Program-made: the position numbers and the translations under genes
Notes under the pieces: generated by a model
What the model was told of the DNA's origin: nothing
What the model saw: only the letters and a program-made list of their open reading frames with translations
The model's database searches: none
Assembly (NCBI GenBank): GCA_027923505.1
Contig: BROI01000009.1
Span: forward strand, 868,001-932,000
Length of the DNA: 64,000 bases
Source of the DNA: Mayamaea pseudoterrestris
Taxonomy: Eukaryota
Reading direction: 5' to 3'
Shown: positions 12,009 to 22,339 of the stretch, piece after piece
How the letters are laid out: every line of letters begins with the position of its first letter
How positions within the stretch are numbered: the first letter of the stretch is position 1

Positions 12009-12194
12009 GGTTCAAATAATGGTTCGTGCAGGAAAAGACGAAATGCACGATAGAAATTCTGTGGCGAAAGTGGATGTCGCATTGACTCGTGTTACCGGTA
12101 GGACATAGCGTTCCAGGCGGCGCGGGTTTAGCTTTTCGCTCGTACCGATACCTGTCCCAGTAGTAGCAACATATGTATGATGCAGCATGTGTCC

Positions 12195-15100
12195 ACTAAA
12201 ACACCCGCCAAGCAATATAATACCACATTGTAGCGCATTCAAATTAATGATATTGGCACCGTTCTTGTGTGTTTTGGGTGTATACATGGCATAATATTTG
12301 GGCAATTGAATGTCAGGACATCTGCAGGCTGAGACTGGTGAGAAGTTTGCAGTCTACTGAGACTCCAGCCAGGCATACAATCTTGTAGTGCAGCCTGAAT
12401 AATGACGTTGGCATCATTCTGGTGTAATTTGGGTGAATACATGACTTGCTGTATGGGCATCTCAGTGTCAAGGCATCTTCACTGGATTGGTGACATGCTA
12501 TCACCAATCACATTGCCGTCCCCTGATAACCAGCCAAGCTTACCATCTTGTAGCACAGCCTAAAAAATGATGTTGGCACCATTCTGGTGTAATTTGGGTG
12601 CAGACATGGCTTGCTGTAGGGGCATTTGATGTCAAGGAATCTGCGGGCTGAGACTGGTGACAAGTTGTCACCAATCACATTGCCGTCCCCTGAGACACCA
12701 GCCAAGCATGCCATCTTGTATCGCAGTCTTATTAATGAGGTTGGCGCCATTCTGTTGTAATTTGGGTGCAGACATGGCCTGCTGTTGGGGCGTCTGACGT
12801 CAAGGCATCTGTGGGCTGAGACTGGTGACAAGTTTTCACCAATCACATTGCCATCCCCTGAGACACCACCCAAGCATGCCATCTTGTAGAGGAGCCTAAT
12901 TAATGAGGTTGGCACCATTCTGGTGTAAATTGGGCACCTACTGGGCTTGCTGTAGGGGCATTTGAATGTCACGGCCTCTGCGGGCTCAGACTGGCACCAT
13001 TCTGGTGTATTGTAGGGGCATTTGAATGTCACAGCATCTGCGGGCTGGAACTGGTTAAAAGTTGTCACCAAATACATTGCCATCCCTTGAGACACCCCCT
13101 AAGCTTACCATCTTGTAGCGCAGCCTATATAATGATGTTGCACCAATCTGGTGTGATTTGGCCACCTACCAGGCTTGCTGTAGGTGTGTCTGAATGTCAT
13201 GGCATCTGCGGGCTGAGACTGGTGACAAGTTGTCACCAAATACGTTGCCATCCCCTGAGACACCAGCCAAGCTTACCATCTTGTAGCGCAGCCTACATAA
13301 TGATGTTGGCACATTTCTGGTGTGATTTGGGCACCTACCGGGCTTGCTGTAGGTGTGTCTGAATGTCATGGCATCTGCAGGCAGAGACTGGTGACAAGTT
13401 GTCACAAATCACATTGCCATCCCCTCAGACACCAGCCAAGCCTACCATCTTATAGCGCAGCCTGAATAATGATGTTAGCACCGTTCTGGTGTAATTTGGG
13501 TGCAGACATGGCCTGCTGTTGGGGCGTCTGATGTCAAGGCATCTGTGGGCTGAGACTGGTGACAAGTTTTCACCAATCACGTTGCCATCCCCTGAGACAC
13601 CAGCCAAGCATGCCATCTTGTAGAGGAGCCTAATTAATGAGGTTGGCACCATTCTGGTGTAACTTGGGCACCTACTGGGCTTGCTGTAGGGGCATGTGAA
13701 TGTCACGGCATCTGTGGGCTGAGACTGGTGACAAGTTGTCACCAAATACATTGCCATCCCCTGAGACACCAGCCAAGCTTACCATCCTGTAGCTCAGCCT
13801 AAACAATGATGTTGGCACCTTTCTGGTGTGATTTGGGCACCTACCGGGCTTGCTGCAGGTGTGTCTGAATGTCATGGCATCTGCAGGCAAAGACTGGTGA
13901 CAAGTTGTCACCAAATACATTGCCATCCCCTGAGACACCAGCCGGGCCTACCATCTTATAGCGCATCCCATTTAATGATGTTGGCACCTTTCTGGTGTAA
14001 TTTGGGCACCTACCAGGCTTGCTGTAGGTGTGTCTGAATATCATGGCATCTGCAGGCTGAGACTGGTGACAAGTTGTCACCAAATACATTGCCATCCCCT
14101 GAGACACCAGCCAAGCCTACCATCTTGTAGCGCAGCCTACATAATGATGTTGGCACCAATCTGGTGTGATTTGGGCACCTACCGGGCTTGCTGTATGGGT
14201 GTTTGATTGTCACAACATCTGCGGGCTGAGACTGGTGACAAGTTGCCACCAAATACATTGCCATCCCCTGAGACACCAGCCAAGCTTACCATCTTGTCGC
14301 AGCCTAAACAATGATGTTGGCACCATTCTGGAGTAATTTGGGGACCTACAGGGCCTGCTGTAGGTGTGTCTTAATGTCATGGCATCTGCAGGCAGAGACT
14401 GGTGACAAGTTGTCACCAAATGCATTGCCATCCCCTGAGACACCATCCAAGCCTACTATCTTGTTGCGCAGCCTGAATATAGATGTTGGCACCAATCTTT
14501 TGTGATTTGGGCACCTACCGGGCCTGCTGCAGGTGTGTCTGAATGTCATGGCAACTGCGGGCTGAGACTGGTGTCAAGTTGTCACCAAATACATTGCCAT
14601 CCCCTGAGACACCATCCAAGCCTACCATCTTGTAGCGCAGCCTGAATAATGATGTTGGCACCATTCTGGAGTAATTTGGGCACCTACCAGGCTTGCTGTA
14701 GGTGTGTCTGAATGTCATGGCATCTGCGGGCTGAGACTGGTGACAAGTTGTCACCAAATAATTTGCCATCACCTGAGACACCAGCCAAGCCTACCATCTT
14801 GTAGCGCAGCCTGAATAATGATAATGGCACCATTCTGGTGTGATTTTGGGCACCTACAAGGCTTGCTGTAGGGGCGTCTGAATGTCATGGCATCTGCGGG
14901 CTGAGACTGGTGACAAGTTGTCACCAAATACATTGCCATCCCCTGAGACACCAGCCAAGCCTACCATCTTGTAGCGCAGCCTAAACAATGATGTTGGCAC
15001 CATTCTGGAGTAATTTGGGGACCTACAGGGCCTGCTGTAGGTGTGTCTGAATGTCATAGGATCTGCAGGCAGAGACTGGTGACAAGTTGTCACCAAATAC

Positions 15101-16234
15101 ATTGCCATCCCCTGAGACACCAGCCAAGCCTACCATCTTGTAGCGCAGCCTGAATAATGATGATGGCACCAATCTGGTGTGATTTTGGGCACCTACAGGG
15201 CTTGCTGTAGGGGCGTCTGAATGTCATGGCATCTGCGGGCTGAGACTGGTGACAAGTTGTCACCAAATACATTGCCATCCCCTGAGACACCAGCCAAGCC
15301 TACCATCTTGTAGCGCAGCCTGAATAATGATGTTGGTACCATTCTGAAGTAATTTGGGCACCTACCGGGCCTGCTGTATGTGTGTCTGAATGTCATAGGA
15401 TCTGCAGGCTGAGACTGGTGACAAGTTGTCACCAAATACATTGCCATCCCCTGAGACACCAGCCAAGCTTACTATCTTGTAGCGCAGCCTATATAATGAT
15501 GTTGGCACCAATCTGGTGTGATTTGGGTGTATACATGGCCTGCTGCAGGGGCGTTTGAATGTCATGGCATCTGCAGGCAGAGACTGGTGACAAGTTGTCA
15601 CCAAATACATTGCTATCCCTTGAGACACCAGCCAAGCTTACCATCTTGTAGCGCAGCCTAAATAATGATGTTGGCACCAATCTGGTGTAATTTGGTGACC
15701 TACAGGCCTGCTGTAGGTGTGTCTGAATGTCATGGCATCTGCAGGCAGAGACTGGTGACAAGTTGTCACCAAATACATTGCCATCCCCTGAGACACCATC
15801 CAAGCCTACCATCTTGTTGCGCAGCCTGAATATAGTTGTTGGCACCAATCTCGTGTGATGTGGGCACCTATCGGGCTTGCTGCAGGTGTGTCTGAATGTC
15901 ATGGCATCTGTGGGCTGAGACTGGTGAGAACTTCTTACCAAACACATTGCCAACCCCTGAGACACCAGCCAGGCATACTATCTTGTAGCGCAGCCTGAAT
16001 AAGGATGTTGACACTATTCTGGTGTAATTTGGGCACCTATCGGGCCTGCTGTAGGTGTGTCTGAATGTAATGGCATCTGTGGGCTGAGACTGGTGACACG
16101 TTGTCACCAAATCATTGCCATCCCCTGAGACACCAGCCAAGCCTACCATCTTGTTGCGCAGCCTGAATAATGATGTTGGCACCATTCGGGTGTATTTTGG
16201 GCACCTATAGGGCTTGCTGTAGGGGCGTTTGAAT
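12195..16234 (+). repeat. 169-bp tandem satellite, array 1 (~24 diverged copies)
   Basis: TGGTGACAAGTTGTCACCA and CCCCTGAGACACCAGCCA recur about every 169 bp. The left edge is degenerate and there is a partial unit near 12990-13020. Confidence 0.97.
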
Positions 16235-16312
16235 ACCAGGGAGATAATAACGCTGCGACACTCGTCTCCGTAAACTTCTGACGCTGCAGCCACCGCACAA
16301 ACACAATCGACC

Positions 16313-17661
16313 ATGAGGATTTTGCTTACGCTTCTGCCGGCGACCGCTTTGGCGTTTAGTCTTGCACCGTCAACGACTAGGACCATAAGTAGTTGTACTA
16401 GACTCAATGTTATCACGTCAAAGTGGACCATGATGCCAGAAGGAGATCCGGAACCAGAGGTAAAGTTGTGATGGATGTGCAGTGACCGATTTACCATTTG
16501 CCATTAACTTGTCAATGGACGTTTTTAAAGAAGCTTTGAAAATGTCTTCTCGCGAAGTGGAGGAGCTTGCATGATTAATTGTTTGTAGAGATTGCTTGCT
16601 TCTCGAACGCCTCCGTCTAAGGCATATCATTCTCTCGCACATTCGTTGCTCACCTCTCACCTCCTGCTTTATACTTTATATTTATTCATTCATTCATTCA
16701 TTCATTTATATCCAGATTGACCCCCGCCGCAAGAACCCCGACGAGCAGTCTCCCAAGAATCCCGTTCGCATGCCAGTCATTGACACGGACAATGGTCAAA
16801 TGGATGTCATTAGTCGATTGCTTAAGGATCGCATCCTCTTGTTGGGGCAGGGCGTGGATGATGAAGTGGCCAATGTACTTGTGGCGCAGCTGCTATACTT
16901 GGCGAACAAGGATCCCACCAAGGATATTACACTATACATTAACTCTCCCGGAGGCTCTGTCAGTGCAGGCATGGCCATTTATGATACTATGCAGGTACGT
17001 ATGATTATGAATACTAAACGAGACGAGTGTTTGTGCGTGCGCTGACTCTCTCGTCTCCATTATGTGTCACTCAATTTCTTCATTCACTTACTTGCAGTAT
17101 GTTCCCTGCGACGTGTCGACAGTTTGCTTTGGCATGGCGGCATCCATGGGAGCCTTTTTGCTGGGGGCAGGAGCTCCAGGCAAGCGACGCAGCCTTCCGT
17201 CGGCGAGAATTATGATTCATCAGGTACGAGCGAACGAAATTGGGCCATGGGGAATGTTACACTGCTGCTTGGTCGGCTAATTATGTATCTAATACGTGCT
17301 TCACTCGCTCCCTTTGTTCAGCCACTGTCAGTCTCACTTGCTTGCTTGGCTATGCATCTGAGGTTGCTTGTATTAATGTCTCACTCCACCATCTTGTCTC
17401 ATTTTTTCAATTACACGCAGAGGCGGAGCGCAAGGACAAGCGGCTGACATTGAAATTCAAGCCAAAGAAATTCTATACATTCGTGAGGTACTCAACACGT
17501 ACATTGCCGACTACACGGGCCAATCCAAGGACAAGGTGGAAAGTGACTGTGATCGCGACTTTTTCATGACTCCCGAGGAAGCGGTCGACTATGGTATCAT
17601 TGACGAAGTGATCAAGACCAAGACGAGCCACATTGCCAAGCCAGCCATGCCAATCTTGTAA
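16313..17661 (+). CDS. clpP: Plastid-targeted ATP-dependent Clp protease proteolytic subunit; exons 16313-16459, 16716-16994, 17098-17223, 17322-17326 and 17421-17661
   Basis: Signal peptide ALA-F, then [22 protein letters not shown], catalytic Ser in AASMGAFLL, His in RIMIHQ-PL-GG and Asp in [11 protein letters not shown]. All four introns are GT-AG. Confidence 0.93.
16684..16706 (+). repeat. (ATTC)n microsatellite in clpP intron 1
   Basis: attcattcattcattcattcatt immediately upstream of the acceptor at 16715. Confidence 0.8.
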
Positions 17662-18032
17662 AAGTGTCGAGTGTGTGTTCGTAGTGAGTGAAACGTAGCA
17701 TGGCGTCGCGAAGTCTTTGATGTTTCAAGATTGCTCGTGCTTTTCAGTTGGTACTTGAAGGGATAATAGAGGATACGTTAAGCAAATTAGCTACTAGTGC
17801 GGTGTATCTATGCTTGCTATTGTCGTTGCAATGTAGAGTGGCAAGCTCCGTGACGCGTTGATCTGTTAATAACCGGTACGACGTACGATTGTCATTATAA
17901 CCGGTACGACGCATACAACATGAGCGTGCAACCACCATCATCACAACGAACCAATGCAAGCACCAATCGGCTTTGCTGCACGACCAAGAGATTGTTCAAA
18001 AAGACGCTTATAGTCGTTCAGAAGCTGTGAAT

Positions 18033-20453
18033 ATGGAAGCAAGTGAAGAAGCCACAACTGGTGATGCAGCAGCAGATGCAGCAAGCAGAACAACTGCTGC
18101 AACGGCGCATGCTTCAGCCGACGGCACGACGCAGCCATCAAATTGCGTCCGACTGTCACGCAACGACGTCATTCTCGGTCGAGGCCGCTTCGCCTCGGAG
18201 CATGACGGCAATATTCACTACCGGAGTCTGGTAGAGAGTCGTTTGAGTGACTATTTGCAGGCGCGTCGTGGAGATGGAAACAGCGTGCGACGCTTGGCCA
18301 TGCAAGTGGTGCAAGCCAGTGGAGCAAGGTTTCTGCGGCAGCAGCCAATGAACGAAACAGCAACGGCAAGCGCGAGTAGCAAATGGAAGCAGGTAAATGC
18401 ACAAGTTGCCATTGTCAAGACTATGCAGCTGTTTCGAGACTTGACAAAGCAAAAGAAGCCGAAGGGAATTGCTACCATTCTGAAACGTCGCACGAAGCGG
18501 AAGCGACGACCTTCTCGCGACGATGACTGGAGCTCGGAGGAGGAAGACGAGTGGGATGAAGAAGCTTGGGACGATGAGGAGGAGGAAGACTATGAAGGCG
18601 AGTCGGAGCTTGACGACGAAGAGTGCGAGACTAAAAGTTGCGTGGACGATAGTGCAATGGAAGAGCACGAGGAGGAGAATAGCGTGCAGCGGCGCGAGAA
18701 TGACCAGCACGGTTCACAATCAGAGTCACTGAATGAGTTGATGATGGCCGACTCAACTCGCGACCAAGCTTTGCAACAGCCATCTCCAACGCTCCACGAG
18801 ACAGGGGATCACTCCTGGCCGGAACCTCCTGCCAACTCGTTGACGCGAAAAACTATTATTCCATCGCCACTTCTTGCGAGTAAGCGAAATGCGTCTGAAC
18901 CATCTCACTTGTTCCTAGGAACGTCAACGGAAAAGGCGATTGACGTTGATGCAGAGACAAGTGATGCAAGCGGAAATGACCATGTTGAACAAAGCAATCA
19001 ACGACGTGTGATTGATGCCAGTCACACCGACGCAGCATCTGGTATTTCCGTCATTCGCATCACGCCCCAAGACGTCCTCATGGAACAAGGAGGCCATACA
19101 ATGGCTCATCCAGGTATTGTCCAGTACCGCGAATTGGTAAAACGTCGAATGCATGAAATGGTACGTGCGCCTCGCTTGGGTCAAGGTCAAACAGTGATTG
19201 CTAGAGAGATTGTTGAGGCAGTCAAACGCAAGGGTGGAAGGTTTATCCGGAGAATTTGCCCGTCTAGTGACACCGAGCCGTTGAACGTGGTTTGGGAAGT
19301 CGTCGAAGACGATAACATAATTAAGATGATTCTCCATTTCATTCGCGACTTTTGCAAGGACGAACACAAGAATGATGCTGGCGCCACGGGCGAGCGCCGT
19401 GGGCAGGGTTCTAAACGTGAAAACAATACTTTATTGGAACAGCGGACGACGGCTGGCGGGGCTTACAATGACTTGTCGGCAAGGCAGAATCAGTCTCATG
19501 CTTGGCAACAAGCGCCGTTGCAAAAGCGAAATGCTGAGTCCAACGGAGGCGATTGGATCAGTACCCAAACCTTGCACACCGGCGCTCCAATGCCCGTTCA
19601 GTTGACAATGCCCACGCAGCCGCGGCAAGCGCCTGTGATTCAAAAACAAAAGTTCATGCTAGCAGTGTCTCATGTCGAAATTGATGTGCTTCGAGGAATT
19701 GGATTGTGCGGCTTGCCCGTTTGGTGTCAAGGGCGAGTCCAGGAGGCGTTTCTGTCGGCTAACGACTTGAAGGCCAGAGGCAATACTGCGATTCCGCGAT
19801 TCAATTGGCAAGCACTGTCTATTGCCTGCAAGAATAATCGAGGATTGGCAAAACCGGATGAGAAGCATTTGGTGGGAAGCAACTATCCACGATCGTTTGC
19901 CATTCGAACGATTGGACTGCTGGAAAAAGCAGTGAAGGTTGCTTACCGCATTGACACCGTCCCAAGCCTTCCGCCCATTGTGTCTTGGTTTTGCGCCGAG
20001 CTTGTTCGTTGGGCAGCTGCTCTTCACATTTCGGATGACTTGCGGAAACTCAGACCATTCGCCTACAGCGCCGAAGACTTGACTCCCGTGCCAGGTGCCG
20101 ACTTGGATGATCGGACCACCCTAGTCAAGAGCTTAAATCCAGCCACTTGCCGAGCATTCATTGTCATGGCTGCCAACCTTTCGCGTCTCCGCTGCATTTG
20201 GGAACGCTTCAATTTGGCCAAATTGGTTTCCAGTGTAAACATTGCTTGGTTGACGCGTGAACGTCCAAACGAACTGACAGACTGCTCATTGGATGCCATT
20301 GTTGCAGCGGACGTTGACTTGCTGCATCAATTTCTGCAGGCTGGGTATGTAGGAGTGCTAAAAGGGTCGGCAGTTCCCGAGCACTTGAAGGTAGCCTCAC
20401 AGGCTCGGTTCGAGTGGTTGGTCGAACAACTCCATCTGATAGTGGGTGAGTGA
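18033..20453 (+). CDS. Protein with two DUF6824-like domains separated by an acidic linker (family expanded in diatoms)
   Basis: NDVILGRG..HDGNIHYRSLV...GARFL and QDVLMEQGG..HPGIVQYRELV...GGRFI motifs. First ATG is at 18033. Confidence 0.75.
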   Translation: MEASEEATTGDAAADAASRTTAATAHASADGTTQPSNCVRLSRNDVILGRGRFASEHDGNIHYRSLVESRLSDYLQARRGDGNSVRRLAMQVVQASGARFLRQQPMNETATASASSKWKQVNAQVAIVKTMQLFRDLTKQKKPKGIATILKRRTKRKRRPSRDDDWSSEEEDEWDEEAWDDEEEEDYEGESELDDEECETKSCVDDSAMEEHEEENSVQRRENDQHGSQSESLNELMMADSTRDQALQQPSPTLHETGDHSWPEPPANSLTRKTIIPSPLLASKRNASEPSHLFLGTSTEKAIDVDAETSDASGNDHVEQSNQRRVIDASHTDAASGISVIRITPQDVLMEQGGHTMAHPGIVQYRELVKRRMHEMVRAPRLGQGQTVIAREIVEAVKRKGGRFIRRICPSSDTEPLNVVWEVVEDDNIIKMILHFIRDFCKDEHKNDAGATGERRGQGSKRENNTLLEQRTTAGGAYNDLSARQNQSHAWQQAPLQKRNAESNGGDWISTQTLHTGAPMPVQLTMPTQPRQAPVIQKQKFMLAVSHVEIDVLRGIGLCGLPVWCQGRVQEAFLSANDLKARGNTAIPRFNWQALSIACKNNRGLAKPDEKHLVGSNYPRSFAIRTIGLLEKAVKVAYRIDTVPSLPPIVSWFCAELVRWAAALHISDDLRKLRPFAYSAEDLTPVPGADLDDRTTLVKSLNPATCRAFIVMAANLSRLRCIWERFNLAKLVSSVNIAWLTRERPNELTDCSLDAIVAADVDLLHQFLQAGYVGVLKGSAVPEHLKVASQARFEWLVEQLHLIVGE

Positions 20454-20732
20454 GGAATAGCAAGTGAGTTGACTCTGTTACTCGACTTGTTCAATTGTGT
20501 CGATATTTCTTTTGAGCTACTGGAAGTGCTTCTGCATGATACTACCACCCGGATTGAAACGATTGAAATAGCCGTTAAACTACTGGAAAAAGTCTAGTTT
20601 TCACCATTTTTAAAAATTCGTTAGCGTGCACGCGCGCATCGGCGTCGACAAGGAGCATCGGCTTTTTGCCGACCATTCGACAAACCGATCAACTCTCTTG
20701 CGCTTTTCGAAAATCAAATTCCTGTAGTCAAT

Positions 20733-21884
20733 ATGAGCGGGACAAATCGACTGTATCATGTGAAGAAAGATAGACAGATAATGTCAATTCTGCGAAATCT
20801 GACGAGATGGCCTCTTGGATATGCGCTCTTTGTCATTTTCGGAATGAAACAATTCTTTGAGCTCTATCAACTTGGATCTGCAAGAGAGAGTACGCGGAAA
20901 GCTTTAGTAGTTCGCGAGCCACTGTCCAATTATATCAACGCCGTTGATCAAACCGTGCATAACGTGCAGAGTCTGGTGGACTTTGCGATCATCGGTCACG
21001 CCAAGACTGGAACAACCTTTCTTAAAAATCGACTGCTAAGTCATCCGGACATTGCCATGCACAGGCATGAGCTGACGTTGCTCCACACTAATAATATCAC
21101 GGGCATGACCCGAGCCTTGTACGAGCTTGAACCCTCCAAAACGAGGGGGTACAAATCACCCAACGATATCCTCCTACCACATGCACTCGAGGCCATCCAT
21201 CAGTACTGGCCAGCGACAAAGCTTGTTGTCGGTATCCGACATCCTATTCAACATTTCGAATCTGCATACAACTTTCGAGCTCGAGCTGGCGCTCGTCTGG
21301 CACCACCGCAAGAAATGATTGGAAGCGCATTCTTCAATTTGTCACTCTTTCACCGTCACTTGGCGAGGCTTGGGAAAACAGAAATGGTGAGCGAAGCCGA
21401 AATCAGCCTGTTAGATCCTTTGCCGGAAGTTCGTCAGCGTCTTGGCAATCCCGTGTTCCTCTACCATACCAGCCAGATGTTTGATGCGACCAATGATCGG
21501 AACAAGGAATTTGGTGCTGACTTGCAACACTATCTTGGATTGTCGCAAGCCATTGACATGGAAAGGCTTCCACCTCGAAAGCAAAAGTTTTTGAGAACGT
21601 TTAAGCGGTTTTTTGGAAGAAGCAAGCCAAAGTCTCGTGTTGCAAGGACATCACCTGAATACCACGCTGCACTTGACATCTGTGCGGATGAATACATTGC
21701 GTTGCGGCATGCACTCTTACAGCAAGGAATCAAGGCATCAAAATGGATTCGAGAGTATTTCATGAACCATGTCGATGTGACGATTTCGAATCCTGCCCAA
21801 TTCGCAAGTATGCTCGACGCTTGGAATGAAGACCCTTGTGTGAATGTCACAGCAATTCCGTCAGCTCCGGCAGTAGTGGAATAG
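20733..21884 (+). CDS. Type II membrane sulfotransferase-like protein, paralog of 675-2170
   Basis: DFAIIGHAKTGTT, GYKSPNDI, YWPATKLVVGIRHP and W..DPC motifs are shared with the gene at 675-2170. N-terminal TM. Confidence 0.8.
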   Translation: MSGTNRLYHVKKDRQIMSILRNLTRWPLGYALFVIFGMKQFFELYQLGSARESTRKALVVREPLSNYINAVDQTVHNVQSLVDFAIIGHAKTGTTFLKNRLLSHPDIAMHRHELTLLHTNNITGMTRALYELEPSKTRGYKSPNDILLPHALEAIHQYWPATKLVVGIRHPIQHFESAYNFRARAGARLAPPQEMIGSAFFNLSLFHRHLARLGKTEMVSEAEISLLDPLPEVRQRLGNPVFLYHTSQMFDATNDRNKEFGADLQHYLGLSQAIDMERLPPRKQKFLRTFKRFFGRSKPKSRVARTSPEYHAALDICADEYIALRHALLQQGIKASKWIREYFMNHVDVTISNPAQFASMLDAWNEDPCVNVTAIPSAPAVVE

Positions 21885-22339
21885 CTTCGCACCAATAGAA
21901 CTTGCAATTAGTTGCGCGCCCTGGAAGAAGCATTAGTACTTTTTTTGCGTTACACCCCCAAGAAAGCAGCGTAGTTTGCCTGTCAAATAATTATCATGTC
22001 TCATATATAAAGCGATGCAGTATGCAGCCATTGGTCCCCTTACATCTCTTTTTCATCAGCCAGCTAAAAACTGGCTGATGAGTGCGTGTTGCGCATACCT
22101 ATATGAGTTGGATATGCGTTTGAATAGAGAGTTGTTGGCTTGGATGCCACCTGATCAACTCTAGCGGTACACTATGTCGTACAACAACTATCGGTAGCTT
22201 AAATGAGTTGCGGTCGGACAGCTTTTTGCAGACGAGACTGACGTCATCTACTTCGCACGTCAGACAGACAAGCTGTTTCGCTGACGAGGTTGTGATCATC
22301 CAGCCGATGAGTGTTGAGCATCCCCGATGAGCGCGGTGA

